From the sequence record NC_004684.1: a stretch of DNA of 32,000 nt. The stretch is one strand, 5' to 3'. Position numbers and translations under genes: made by a program. Position 1 is the first letter of the stretch; the number at the start of each line of letters is the position of its first letter. This stretch comes from Mycobacterium phage Rosebush. A model generated the notes under the pieces. That model had not been told where the DNA came from. It worked only from the letters and a program-made list of their open reading frames with translations, and did no database searches. Below are positions 17,279 to 25,575 of this stretch, piece by piece.

Positions 17279-17769
17279 CAGCGCACCGCCTCGGGCGCGA
17301 GGGTAGCGGCTGCGCGGAACAGGCCCTCCAGGTTGGTGTAGCCGAACAGCTTGAGCTGGTTGGCCGTCACCGTGTCGCCGGTGTGGGCGTCGAGCATGGC
17401 CACCAGGCCACGGTAGGACCCGGCGGTAGTGGCGCTGAGCCAGCCTTCTGGGCGCGGCACGTTGTTGCGCACCTGGTGCTCCGGCACCACCTGGTCGCGC
17501 AGCTCGCTGAGGTAGTCGCTACCAGCGGCGGCACGGAAGCGCTTGGTGTCCTCGAGGGTCGGGGAGCGCTTGGTCTTGATGAATGCGCTGAGCGCATCGC
17601 GCAGGGCCACGATGTTGTCGCGCTTGCTCGGCTCAGTGTGCTCGGCGATGTAGGCCGCACACCGCCGTCGGTACTCGGCGTCGGCCTTGTCGTGGACGGC
17701 CAGTGCGGCGTTGGCCGCCTTGATCAGCGCCTTCTTGTCGAAGGTGATGCTGGTTGGCGCGGTTGCCAT
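17278..17769 (-). CDS. Hypothetical protein in replication operon
   Basis: MATAPTSITFDKKALIKAANAALAVHDKADAEYRRRC...; GGAGACAAC leader; shares base 17278 with the start of the downstream gene. Confidence 0.8.
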   Translation of the reverse strand: MATAPTSITFDKKALIKAANAALAVHDKADAEYRRRCAAYIAEHTEPSKRDNIVALRDALSAFIKTKRSPTLEDTKRFRAAAGSDYLSELRDQVVPEHQVRNNVPRPEGWLSATTAGSYRGLVAMLDAHTGDTVTANQLKLFGYTNLEGLFRAAATLAPEAVR

Positions 17770-17833
17770 GTGTTGTCTCCTTTTGTGGGTGTGGTTGTGT
17801 TGCGCGTTGGCCGGACGCGCCCCCGGTAGTGCG

Positions 17834-20596
17834 TCAGTCGGCCAGGATGTTCTCGGCGGCGAACAACTGGCGTGCCTGCTCGTCGGACCCGCCTGACGGC
17901 ACGTAGCGCGAACCGGAGGCGGTGCCGGTGAGCGTCTGGATCAGGTCGTAGCGCAGGCCACGGTCGGCGGCCTCGGCCACCTTCTGCTTCCAGGCCTTGG
18001 TGGCGTCGGCACGGCTGGCGGTGTACGCGTCCATCTCCAGGTACGTCACCAACTCAGTGCGCGTCAGGCCCTGCTCCGGGAACCGCTGCGCGATCAGGCG
18101 GCGCATGCGGATGGCGGTTTCGACCACCGGTTCCGGCGTCGGCCGGGCAAGCACGATGTCGCCCTGCATCGGGTCCACCGTCCCGGTCGGCCCGGTGATG
18201 ATGGGAGCGTTGCGCGGCTCCCAGTTGACCATCATCAGCGGCAGCGGCTCAGCAAGCTGTTCGGAGTTCTTCTGCTTGGTGGTGTCCAGCTCGATGGCCT
18301 TGCCGGGGAGGCGTCCGTTGTCGTCGGCCACCATGCGCACGTCCCACCGGCCTTCGCGCACCAGCAGTTCGCTGTCCAGGGCACCGTTGAGCGCGCTGGA
18401 TCCACGGGCGGTCTCGGAGTGCTTGCCGGTGTGGTGCACGATCAGCACCCCGGCGTTGGTGTGGCGGCGAATCTGGTCAAACCGCTCCACCGCCTTGCCG
18501 ACCTCGGTGGCCGAGTTCTCCTCGACCGACAGCGCCATACGAGCAAACGTGTCGAAGATGATGAACCCGATGCCCTCGCGGATGATGTAGTTGCCGACCT
18601 CCTGCCACACCTCGGCCTGCGCGCCGAGCTTGACGATGGAGTTGGCCAGCAGCAGGTCATTGCCCACCTCGGTGCCGTGCGCCTCTTCCCAGGCCCAGAT
18701 GCGCTGCACCGCGCCGGAGAGGCCTTCACCGGGCATGTAGAGCACTTTGGTCTTGAGCGTGCGGCGGCCCTGCCAGCGCTTGCCGGTGGCGATGTGGCAG
18801 GCCATGTCCAGCGCCACGCTGGACTTGCCGACGCCGGGCGGGCCGATGATGCAGGACAGGCCGCCGTTCTCCAACAGGCCGTCGATGATGTACTCCGGGG
18901 GCGGCATGTCGCGCCAGTGCGCGAACGGGGCGATGACCGGGACGCCGAACGTGGCCGAGTTCAGCACGTGCGGGTCCGCAGGCCCGGCCTCGTCGCCGAA
19001 CGGCACGTCGGCGGGCGGGGTGGCCGGGGCGGGCGCGTCGGTGCCCTGCTGGCCGGGCCCGACCCCGCTGAACAGATCGGCCACCGGCGCAGGCTCCTCC
19101 TCCTCGGCAGGCTCGGCCAGGTGCTCGTCGCCCACGTCGCCGCCAACCGGCAGGTGCCACAGGTCGCCGTCGGCGTCGGCCTGGAACGTACCGTCGCCGG
19201 TCTCGCACACCGGGCAGTACGGCGCAGTCTCGGCGGCGGCGGCGGCGGCGGCCTGCTCGGTCGGCCAGTCGGTCGGTGCCGGGCCGGGCGTCGGCACGTC
19301 GCCCCACAGCGGCGCGTCCATGTTGGCGGTGTCCACACCGGCCTCGCGCTCGGTGGCCTTGCCGTCCAGGATCGACCCGTCGGCGGCCATGGTCGGCGCT
19401 GACGGGATCAGGCCCAGGCTGTCCATGGCCTTGCCGATGTTGCCGCCGTACTCGGTCAGCGCCACCACCTGGAGCTTGGACATGGTCTTGGTGCCGTTGG
19501 CCGCGATCCACGAGTCGAACGGTTCGCCGGGGTTGTCGGTCCAGATGTGCAGCGGCGCGTCGGGGGTGTAGCGGCCCAGCGTGCACCCGGCGGTGTGCGC
19601 GGTGGCCGACTTCGGGCTGGCGTGGCCTTCGCCTGCGGTCCAGACCTCACACCCGCAGGCGTCGTTGCGGCTGGCCGGTGTCCAGCCCAGCGGCTCCAGG
19701 AGCACCGACCACGGCGTGGACTCGGCCCATTCGGCGATAACGGTGTCCAGGGCACCGGGCACGCGCTCGGCGGCGCGGCGTTCAAACTCAGCGGCACGCT
19801 CGGCACGGAGCGCACCAGCGCGGGTGATCTCCTCCAGCAGTGCCGGGATCAGCTCGTAGTCCTCCCCGGCCATCACATACGGTCCCTCGGGACGCGAGGA
19901 CGGCGGGATCAGCACGTAGCGGCGGTTCCACAGGATGGCGAATCCGTCGTCGCCGGACATGGTGATCGCGCCCAGGTTGGACGGCAACTCCACACCGTCG
20001 GGCACCCGGAAGTAGAAATGCCCGCCGTCGCTGTGCACCGGCACACCATCCACAATCTGACCGGGTGTGCGCACCGTCGGCGGCAGCGTGGCCGGTGCCT
20101 GGCTCCAGGCCAGGAACCGGTCGAGCTGCGCCTTGGTGTCGCAGTCCACCACGACCAGGCGGCTGGCCCCCACCTCGATGGCCAGGTTGATCGGCGGGCA
20201 CTCCACCAGCGTGGATTCTTTGACCTGCTTCGGTCCCTTGGGCCGCACGACGTTGCCGTCGGCGTCGTGCCAGGTGCCGAACACGCGCAGGTACTCGTCC
20301 AGGTACTTGAGAACCACCTTGGGGTCGTCGCTGGCCAGCGCCAGGCCCGACGGCGACTTCACGCGTGCCCAGTCGGTGCGCCCGGCCAGGCGGGCGGCCT
20401 CCTTGGCATCGGCATCGGCGGCGTTCTTCACCCGCTCGGTGCGCATGTCGGCGGGGTGCTTGCTGTTGGGGTACACCAGCAGCAGGTGCAGGCCCGCCTT
20501 GCAGGCCTCGCGGATGAACGCACGCATGCGTTCGGGGTCGGTGTTCATGCCGGGCGGGACACCCAGAATGGATTGCAGATCGGAAGCTCCGAGCAT
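17834..20596 (-). CDS. Primase-polymerase / RepA-like AAA ATPase (DnaB-type helicase) fusion
   Basis: N-terminal prim-pol motifs (RLVVVDCDT; HSDGGHFYFRVPDG) and C-terminal Walker A IIGPPGVGKSSVALDMACHIATGKRW with IREGIGFIIFDTFARM. Confidence 0.85.
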   Translation of the reverse strand: MLGASDLQSILGVPPGMNTDPERMRAFIREACKAGLHLLLVYPNSKHPADMRTERVKNAADADAKEAARLAGRTDWARVKSPSGLALASDDPKVVLKYLDEYLRVFGTWHDADGNVVRPKGPKQVKESTLVECPPINLAIEVGASRLVVVDCDTKAQLDRFLAWSQAPATLPPTVRTPGQIVDGVPVHSDGGHFYFRVPDGVELPSNLGAITMSGDDGFAILWNRRYVLIPPSSRPEGPYVMAGEDYELIPALLEEITRAGALRAERAAEFERRAAERVPGALDTVIAEWAESTPWSVLLEPLGWTPASRNDACGCEVWTAGEGHASPKSATAHTAGCTLGRYTPDAPLHIWTDNPGEPFDSWIAANGTKTMSKLQVVALTEYGGNIGKAMDSLGLIPSAPTMAADGSILDGKATEREAGVDTANMDAPLWGDVPTPGPAPTDWPTEQAAAAAAAETAPYCPVCETGDGTFQADADGDLWHLPVGGDVGDEHLAEPAEEEEPAPVADLFSGVGPGQQGTDAPAPATPPADVPFGDEAGPADPHVLNSATFGVPVIAPFAHWRDMPPPEYIIDGLLENGGLSCIIGPPGVGKSSVALDMACHIATGKRWQGRRTLKTKVLYMPGEGLSGAVQRIWAWEEAHGTEVGNDLLLANSIVKLGAQAEVWQEVGNYIIREGIGFIIFDTFARMALSVEENSATEVGKAVERFDQIRRHTNAGVLIVHHTGKHSETARGSSALNGALDSELLVREGRWDVRMVADDNGRLPGKAIELDTTKQKNSEQLAEPLPLMMVNWEPRNAPIITGPTGTVDPMQGDIVLARPTPEPVVETAIRMRRLIAQRFPEQGLTRTELVTYLEMDAYTASRADATKAWKQKVAEAADRGLRYDLIQTLTGTASGSRYVPSGGSDEQARQLFAAENILAD

Positions 20597-20640
20597 GGCT
20601 GAGTTGGCCTTTCGTGGTTGGTGGAGCGGGGAGGTTGAGC

Positions 20641-20805
20641 CTATGCCGTCGGGTCGGCGGTCGGCGGGTCATCGGCGTGGCCGACACAGAACCAGTCGAC
20701 ACCGCCGTCGGGGGTGCGGACCAGGCGTGCGCCCGGTGCCGTGCAATCGGGTACCGCGCAGTGCGGTGCGGAGTGTGATGCGCGCTTCTCGCGGTACTTG
20801 CTCAT
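20641..20805 (-). CDS. Small Cys-rich protein
   Basis: MSKYREKRASHSAPHCAVPDCTAPGARLVRTPDGGVDWFCVGHADDPPTADPTA; between polymerase and primase genes. Confidence 0.65.
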   Translation of the reverse strand: MSKYREKRASHSAPHCAVPDCTAPGARLVRTPDGGVDWFCVGHADDPPTADPTA

Positions 20806-20807
20806 CG

Positions 20808-22637
20808 TTACACCTTCGCCCATCGGTGTCCCATGTCCGCGCGGTCGGTGCGCAACATGAAGTCGTCGCGCTTGGCCCAGCGGGTCAGGAACTCCGGTGG
20901 CGTCATCATGATGTGCTCAACCTCGGCGGCCACATCGGTGTCCACCACCAGCTCGTCGTGCATGGCCAGCTGCACGTGGCCGGACAGCCCGGCCTCGTCC
21001 AGGCGCACGATGGTGTGCGCCAGCACGTCGTAGGCCGACCCCTGGCAGATGTAGTTGACCGCCCGGTAGCTGCCCTGCTGGTCCACCGGCAGGATGCGGC
21101 CACCGCCGGTGACGATGCGCCCGTGGGTGATGGCGATGGACTCGACCTTGGCCATGAAGTCACGACTGGCAGGCATGGCCGCGAGCATCTGCCGACGAAT
21201 CTGCGCCGCCGACTCCTCGGTGTGGCCGATGCGCCGGGCCATGGACCGCGCGCCCTGGCCGTACATCGTGGCCAGCAGGATCACCTTGGCCATCGGCCGG
21301 TCGATGCCGCACGCGCGCATGATCGGCTCGTACAGGTCGGCGTCATTTTCGAAGAACGGTGCCAGGAACTCCCGGTCACCGGCCATCAGCGCCATCGTGA
21401 CCGGCTCGATCTGCGCCCAGTCCACCGAGGTGAGGCCTTGGCCGTCGTCCACAATGATCGGCCGGGCGTCCTTGGGGAACTGCTGGAGTTCGGGGGAGCC
21501 GTAGCTCATGCGCCCGGTGGCCGAGGCCCCCAGGATGGCGACCTGCGGATGGCACCGCCCGGTCACCGCCGCCTGGCGGGACACCTTCTCCAGGTAGCCG
21601 AGCACCTTGTCGCTCTGCGCCAGTGCGCGCTGCGCGGCGGCGACCGGGTGGTCCAAGGTCTCCAGGTGTTCCTTGGCCGCGCTCGGCGCACCTTTCGGTG
21701 TACGCGGCCAGTCGCTGGGCAACTCGCCACGAGCCTCCAGCCATTTGACCAGCGCCGGACCTTTACCGGTGCCGCCTTCCAGGTCGTACTGGGCCAGGAA
21801 TGCGGCGTGCTCCAGGCGCTTGTCGTGCTCGCGCTCGCGGTACTCGTCCAGGTAGTCCCGGTCCACGGCCAGGCCGCGCGCGCTGCGCTGGAGCATCACC
21901 CAGTGCGCGATCTCCTGCACCTCCAGCACCTCCAAGGCCTCGGCCTCGGTGGTGGCACCGAACTCGGCGAACGGGTGGCTGGTGGTCCACTCGACGCACT
22001 TACGTCGCAGCACCGGCTCCAGCAGCAGGGTGGCCACGGTGTCGGCCATCGCGCCCTGCCGGTAGATCGGGGCGTCGATGTTCATGTTCTCGTAGCCATC
22101 CTGAATGGTCTTGAACCCGGCGGCCTTGAACGCCCGCTCCATGCCACCGGCCACGTCGACCAGGCCCAGCAGGTGCACCGCGCAGGCCTCCAGTGTCTTG
22201 CGTGGCAGCGGCGGGCCGTAGCTGTCCGGGTAGGCGAACCGGGCCAGTAGGACCGTATCGGCAATCTTGCGAATCTCCCCGGCGTCGATCAGGCCGTGGT
22301 GCCACAGCGGCGGTACGTCGAAGCTGGCGTTGTGGAACACCAGCTTGCTGGCACGTGCGAACACATCGCGCGCAGCTGCGCGGTGCGCAGGCCAGCGAAT
22401 CGGATCCAGCAGCACCGACTCGATGGTGCCGTCCCAGCCGATCCAGGCGGCGGTCAGGCAGTTGATCTCGAAGTTGCGGTCCAGGCCGGGGGTCTCGATG
22501 TCGGCCGCCACCGGGATGCCCGACGGCATGGCCGCCACCACCTCCAGCGCGTTGCGACCGGTGTGCATGTGGCAGTTCAAGCCGGTGTGGAGCCAGGAGG
22601 TGTCCGGCACCGGTTCGTAGGTGATGGTGATGGTCAC
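20808..22637 (-). CDS. polA-like: Family A DNA polymerase with 3'-5' exonuclease domain
   Basis: Exo I ADIETPG, Exo II FHNASFD, motif A DWAQIEP, motif B RPMAKVILLATMYGQG, motif C MHDELV. Confidence 0.93.
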   Translation of the reverse strand: MTITITYEPVPDTSWLHTGLNCHMHTGRNALEVVAAMPSGIPVAADIETPGLDRNFEINCLTAAWIGWDGTIESVLLDPIRWPAHRAAARDVFARASKLVFHNASFDVPPLWHHGLIDAGEIRKIADTVLLARFAYPDSYGPPLPRKTLEACAVHLLGLVDVAGGMERAFKAAGFKTIQDGYENMNIDAPIYRQGAMADTVATLLLEPVLRRKCVEWTTSHPFAEFGATTEAEALEVLEVQEIAHWVMLQRSARGLAVDRDYLDEYREREHDKRLEHAAFLAQYDLEGGTGKGPALVKWLEARGELPSDWPRTPKGAPSAAKEHLETLDHPVAAAQRALAQSDKVLGYLEKVSRQAAVTGRCHPQVAILGASATGRMSYGSPELQQFPKDARPIIVDDGQGLTSVDWAQIEPVTMALMAGDREFLAPFFENDADLYEPIMRACGIDRPMAKVILLATMYGQGARSMARRIGHTEESAAQIRRQMLAAMPASRDFMAKVESIAITHGRIVTGGGRILPVDQQGSYRAVNYICQGSAYDVLAHTIVRLDEAGLSGHVQLAMHDELVVDTDVAAEVEHIMMTPPEFLTRWAKRDDFMLRTDRADMGHRWAKV

Positions 22638-23017
22638 AGCACGCCTCGCACTTGGTCGATGAGTTTGATGGTCAGGTCGGTGCCGGGCACGTCGCCATCA
22701 CCGGCATGCTTGCGCTCCCAGGTGGCCAGCACCTCTTTGACCCGGTTGGCCAGGTCCTCGCGCCCGTCGGCCTCGCCACGCTCGTAGGCGCTGTCCTCCA
22801 GGTCGTCGTGGCCGCTGGCGCAGTCGTTGACGCCCTCCTCGTAGAGGCGCTGGCGGTTCTCCTCGCGCTCCTCCTCGGTGGCCCCGGCGCACCAGGTGTC
22901 CAGCGGTACGCCGTCATCGTTGGTGCACCGGTACATGCCGGTGGCATGCACCCAGGAGCGTCCGGCCAGCACGGCGGCGTGGCCGCATTCCAGGCAGGCG
23001 CTGCGTTCGGTCACCAC
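22634..23017 (-). CDS. Hypothetical acidic protein with N-terminal Cys motif
   Basis: MVTERSACLECGHAAVLAGRSWVHATGMYRCTNDDGVP...; tight spacing to neighbours. Confidence 0.7.
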   Translation of the reverse strand: MVTERSACLECGHAAVLAGRSWVHATGMYRCTNDDGVPLDTWCAGATEEEREENRQRLYEEGVNDCASGHDDLEDSAYERGEADGREDLANRVKEVLATWERKHAGDGDVPGTDLTIKLIDQVRGVL

Positions 23018-23499
23018 CTCGTTGACCCCTTGGCCAGCAGTTCGCGCAGCATCTCCTGCGGCGACGGCCCGGTGTCGGTCAGCCAGTCGGCGTACACCTG
23101 CGCGGTGCCCAGCACGGTGGTGTCCGACTCGCTGGTACCGGCGTACACCTGCGCGGCGGCCTGCAAGGCCACATCACGCGGGTAGGTGCCGCCGGAAATG
23201 ACCGGGTCCACCGGGTCCGGCGTGAAGGCCTCCGGGGACAGGCCGACCGCGCCGCTGGCCAGGAATGCGTCCAGGGTGCCCAGCACCACCACGTGGCACG
23301 GGTAGGTGATCCCGGCGCGCTCCGGTGTCATCGGCTCCCACCCACCGGGGCTGAGCCACACCACCCGGTCACCCTGGTCGTCGTACTCGACGTTGACGAA
23401 CGCCACCGCCTTGCTGGTCGGGTCGCCCTGGATGCGGTTCCAGGTGATGAGCGTGCCGTCGGGCAACTGCTCCAGGTCTGCCTGCGTCAGGACGATCAC
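23011..23499 (-). CDS. Hypothetical protein
   Basis: MIVLTQADLEQLPDGTLITWNRIQGDPTSKAVAFVNVEYDDQG...; operonic overlap. Confidence 0.75.
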   Translation of the reverse strand: MIVLTQADLEQLPDGTLITWNRIQGDPTSKAVAFVNVEYDDQGDRVVWLSPGGWEPMTPERAGITYPCHVVVLGTLDAFLASGAVGLSPEAFTPDPVDPVISGGTYPRDVALQAAAQVYAGTSESDTTVLGTAQVYADWLTDTGPSPQEMLRELLAKGSTRW

Positions 23500-23936
23500 C
23501 GAGGGCCCCCCGCGAGTGTCAGCACCGGCAACGGGTGGTTGGCCAGGTAGGCGTCGATGGCGGGGAAGAGGTCCGGGCCCAGGACGGTGTCGTCGGTGCG
23601 GCGTGCCTGGATTTCGGACTCCCAGAGCTGGTAATCGTGCTCCAGGCGGTCGGACAGTGCGCCGCTCTTGAGCACGCGCGGCCCGGACACCCGCATGCGC
23701 TGGAGCACCCCGTCGGTGAAGCGCAGGCGCACACGGGTGGGCCGGAACACCTGGTTGGCCGACCGGTAGGGGCGGATGTCCGGCATGGTGCCGGGTTCGA
23801 CGGCCAGGAACACCGAGGTGGTGATGGTGGTCGGGTCCCAGACCGGCGCGGCGCTGGGATCGGGTTGCGCCTCCATGCGGGCGTGCGCTTCCAGGCTGGA
23901 GTGCAACCAGCGGAAGCCTTCGGGGTAGGGGGTCAC
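23496..23936 (-). CDS. Hypothetical protein, first well-supported gene of the leftward replication operon
   Basis: MTPYPEGFRWLHSSLEAHARMEAQPDPSAAPVWDP...; 4-nt overlap with next gene. Confidence 0.7.
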   Translation of the reverse strand: MTPYPEGFRWLHSSLEAHARMEAQPDPSAAPVWDPTTITTSVFLAVEPGTMPDIRPYRSANQVFRPTRVRLRFTDGVLQRMRVSGPRVLKSGALSDRLEHDYQLWESEIQARRTDDTVLGPDLFPAIDAYLANHPLPVLTLAGGPR

Positions 23937-24094
23937 TGCGGTGCCTTTCTCGTGGGGGTGGTTGTGACGGGGGTCAGGCGAGGTGCGGGGTCACCGTGTC
24001 GGCCAGGCACAGCTGAGCACCGCACAGTTCGGATGTGAACACCCTGCGCGGTGAGTGGGGTCGCTGGATCACGTTGTGCCTCCTCGGCCTTCGT

Positions 24095-24151
24095 GGCGGG
24101 TGTGCCCGCCGTAGGGTTACCAGGTTTACCGGGTGCGGTGACCCGGGTCAA
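24095..24151 (-). promoter_or_regulatory. Candidate second leftward promoter plus hairpin leader (F2)
   Basis: Minus strand TTGACC(24151-24146)-N17-TAAACC(24128-24123), then 12 nt to hairpin GGCGGG-CACA-CCCGCC (24110-24095). Confidence 0.35.
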
Positions 24152-24180
24152 GGCGTCGGAGGGAAACGGTCGACACCGCG

Positions 24181-24208
24181 CACAATGCCTACACGAGGCG
24201 GCGTTGTC
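24181..24208 (-). promoter_or_regulatory. Operator/promoter site F
   Basis: + strand cacaatgc-N12-gcgttgtc; minus strand CCGACA-N17-CATTGT. Confidence 0.45.
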
Positions 24209-24491
24209 GGATACGTGCGGAATGTTGGCCTTTATCGGCAATGATCAGCAGGCGCAAACCGGCGGCCTGCTCGGGGCCGAGGTCGGCCAGCAGCTGTTCC
24301 AGGGCACCGCGCCGGGACAGCTCCTCAGCCAGCGCCGCCACCCGGCCGGGGGTGCGCGCATCGGCCCCCTTGGCGGCTGACATTCCGAGGGCATAGCACA
24401 GCGCGGCGGTGGAGATGTTGGCAAGTGCCGGGGGCGGGGTCGAGGCCATGCGGGCAAGTGTAGACCGGCGGTGTTGTGGGTCGAGCCTCAC
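24189..24491 (-). CDS. Small leftward gene in the regulatory hub (start uncertain: GTG 24491 or ATG 24449)
   Basis: ORF ending ...ANISTAALCYALGMSAAKGADARTPGRVAALAEELSRRGALEQLLADLGPEQAAGLRLLIIADKGQHSARIRQRRLV; lies directly downstream of a consensus promoter. Confidence 0.55.
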   Translation of the reverse strand: MRLDPQHRRSTLARMASTPPPALANISTAALCYALGMSAAKGADARTPGRVAALAEELSRRGALEQLLADLGPEQAAGLRLLIIADKGQHSARIRQRRLV

Positions 24492-24502
24492 GCGCGCGCG
24501 CG

Positions 24503-24532
24503 ATTATACGCTAGGACCCCAAGTTTTGTCAA
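24503..24532 (-). promoter_or_regulatory. Perfect-consensus sigma70-type leftward promoter
   Basis: Minus strand TTGACA (24532-24527) - N18 - TATAAT (24508-24503). Confidence 0.7.
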
Positions 24533-24562
24533 ATTTTGCATGTCCCTTGACAACGCCGGTAA

Positions 24563-24595
24563 GCTCGTACCGCGCTCACCGGCGGGGGTACGAGC
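24563..24595 (+). promoter_or_regulatory. Hairpin in leader of the rightward gene 24609..24878
   Basis: gctcgtacc (24563-24571) pairs perfectly with ggtacgagc (24587-24595); gagg RBS-like and GTG follow. Confidence 0.45.
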
Positions 24596-24608
24596 GCCGT
24601 GAGGACCG

Positions 24609-24878
24609 GTGTCAGAGAACCTGGTTATCGACAACGATCTATTTCCCAGGTACTATCGCGCGCGCGTGCGCGCGTACGTGTGCGCGCGCGAGGACGGGGT
24701 GTTGTGGGCGACCCCCATGGCCATGGTGTCTCCCTACCGGGGAGCCACCAGCCACCGGGAAGGCCAGACGGTGTCGACCGTTTTCGCAGGCCAGGAGACA
24801 ATACCGCCGGTTCGCCGTATTGTCGGTAACCATGGCAACGAAGAAGAGCGCGCGCCAGGAGCCGATGACCCTGGCTGA
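24609..24878 (+). CDS. Small hypothetical protein, overlaps next gene start
   Basis: GTG with gagg upstream; MSENLVIDNDLFPRYYRARVRAYVCAREDGVLWATPMAMVSPYRGATS...; runs through site D and into the next ORF. Confidence 0.4.
   Translation: MSENLVIDNDLFPRYYRARVRAYVCAREDGVLWATPMAMVSPYRGATSHREGQTVSTVFAGQETIPPVRRIVGNHGNEEERAPGADDPG
24795..24824 (+). promoter_or_regulatory. Operator/promoter site D (leaderless-type)
   Basis: GAGACA (24795-24800)-N17-TATTGT (24818-24823); perfect inverted repeat GACAATAC (24797-24804)-N12-GTATTGTC (24817-24824); ATG at 24832, 8 nt after the -10. Confidence 0.65.
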
Positions 24879-25566
24879 GTTCGACCGGGCGGTCAACGAG
24901 CACGCTGGCAGCAACCAGGCGTTTGCTGCCACGGTCGTGGCCCTGCACAACGTGCGGCACGAGGCGGCCCTGGTGGCCGAGCGTCGCAAAGAGTGCTTCG
25001 AGCGGCTCAAGTCCTGCTTCGCGCGGGGTGAACGGGTGGCCGCCGACCACAGCGGACGGCTCCTGCGGCAAACGGCACCAGGGGAGCCGAAGGTGGTGCG
25101 CAGTGTGCCCAGCGCGGTGATCAAGAAATGCTCGCCGACGCTGTGGGAACAGGCCAAGGAGCCGGTGCCGTACGTGCAGTGCAAACCCCCGGCGAAATGG
25201 CCGGTTGTGGCGGTGGAGCCGCTGCCGGAAGCACCCCCGGAGAACGCACCGCTGGCGGCGGCGCTGGATGCCTACGAGGCGTTGGCACCGCGCGCCAAGG
25301 CGCTGCGGGAGATGGAAGAGGAGCTGGTGGACCGGCTCAAGAAGATCGGGGCGAACAACGGGTGGGACGGCCTGCCGATCGAGTTCGCCGACGGCTGGCA
25401 GGTGAGCCTGGCGCGCATGCAGTACAGCAGTGACAAGCTGGCCCGGATCGCGCCGGAAACCTTCGCTGCGCTGGCGGTGGAGACCACCCAGCAGCGTGCG
25501 CCGGTGGTCTATGTCGCCAAGCGCGGTGAAGGCCTGGCCGAGGATGAAGAAGACGACGGCGAGTGA
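24832..25566 (+). CDS. Hypothetical protein (244 aa)
   Basis: MATKKSARQEPMTLAEFDRAVNEHAGSNQAFAATVVALHNVRHEAALVAERRKECFERLKSC... Confidence 0.75.
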   Translation: MATKKSARQEPMTLAEFDRAVNEHAGSNQAFAATVVALHNVRHEAALVAERRKECFERLKSCFARGERVAADHSGRLLRQTAPGEPKVVRSVPSAVIKKCSPTLWEQAKEPVPYVQCKPPAKWPVVAVEPLPEAPPENAPLAAALDAYEALAPRAKALREMEEELVDRLKKIGANNGWDGLPIEFADGWQVSLARMQYSSDKLARIAPETFAALAVETTQQRAPVVYVAKRGEGLAEDEEDDGE

Positions 25567-25575
25567 CGGTTTACC

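Noticed and set aside
23933-24241. ORF MPIKANIPHVSDNAAS... (minus strand) as a gene
   Set aside because: It spans the candidate promoter sites F/F2 and the hairpin, is low-complexity, has no RBS and starts upstream of the promoters; more likely the leader of the replication operon.
17834-24831. Long plus-strand ORFs opposite the replication genes (e.g. 20067-22250, 19547-20602)
   Set aside because: Antisense to polymerase and primase-helicase genes whose catalytic motifs are intact.
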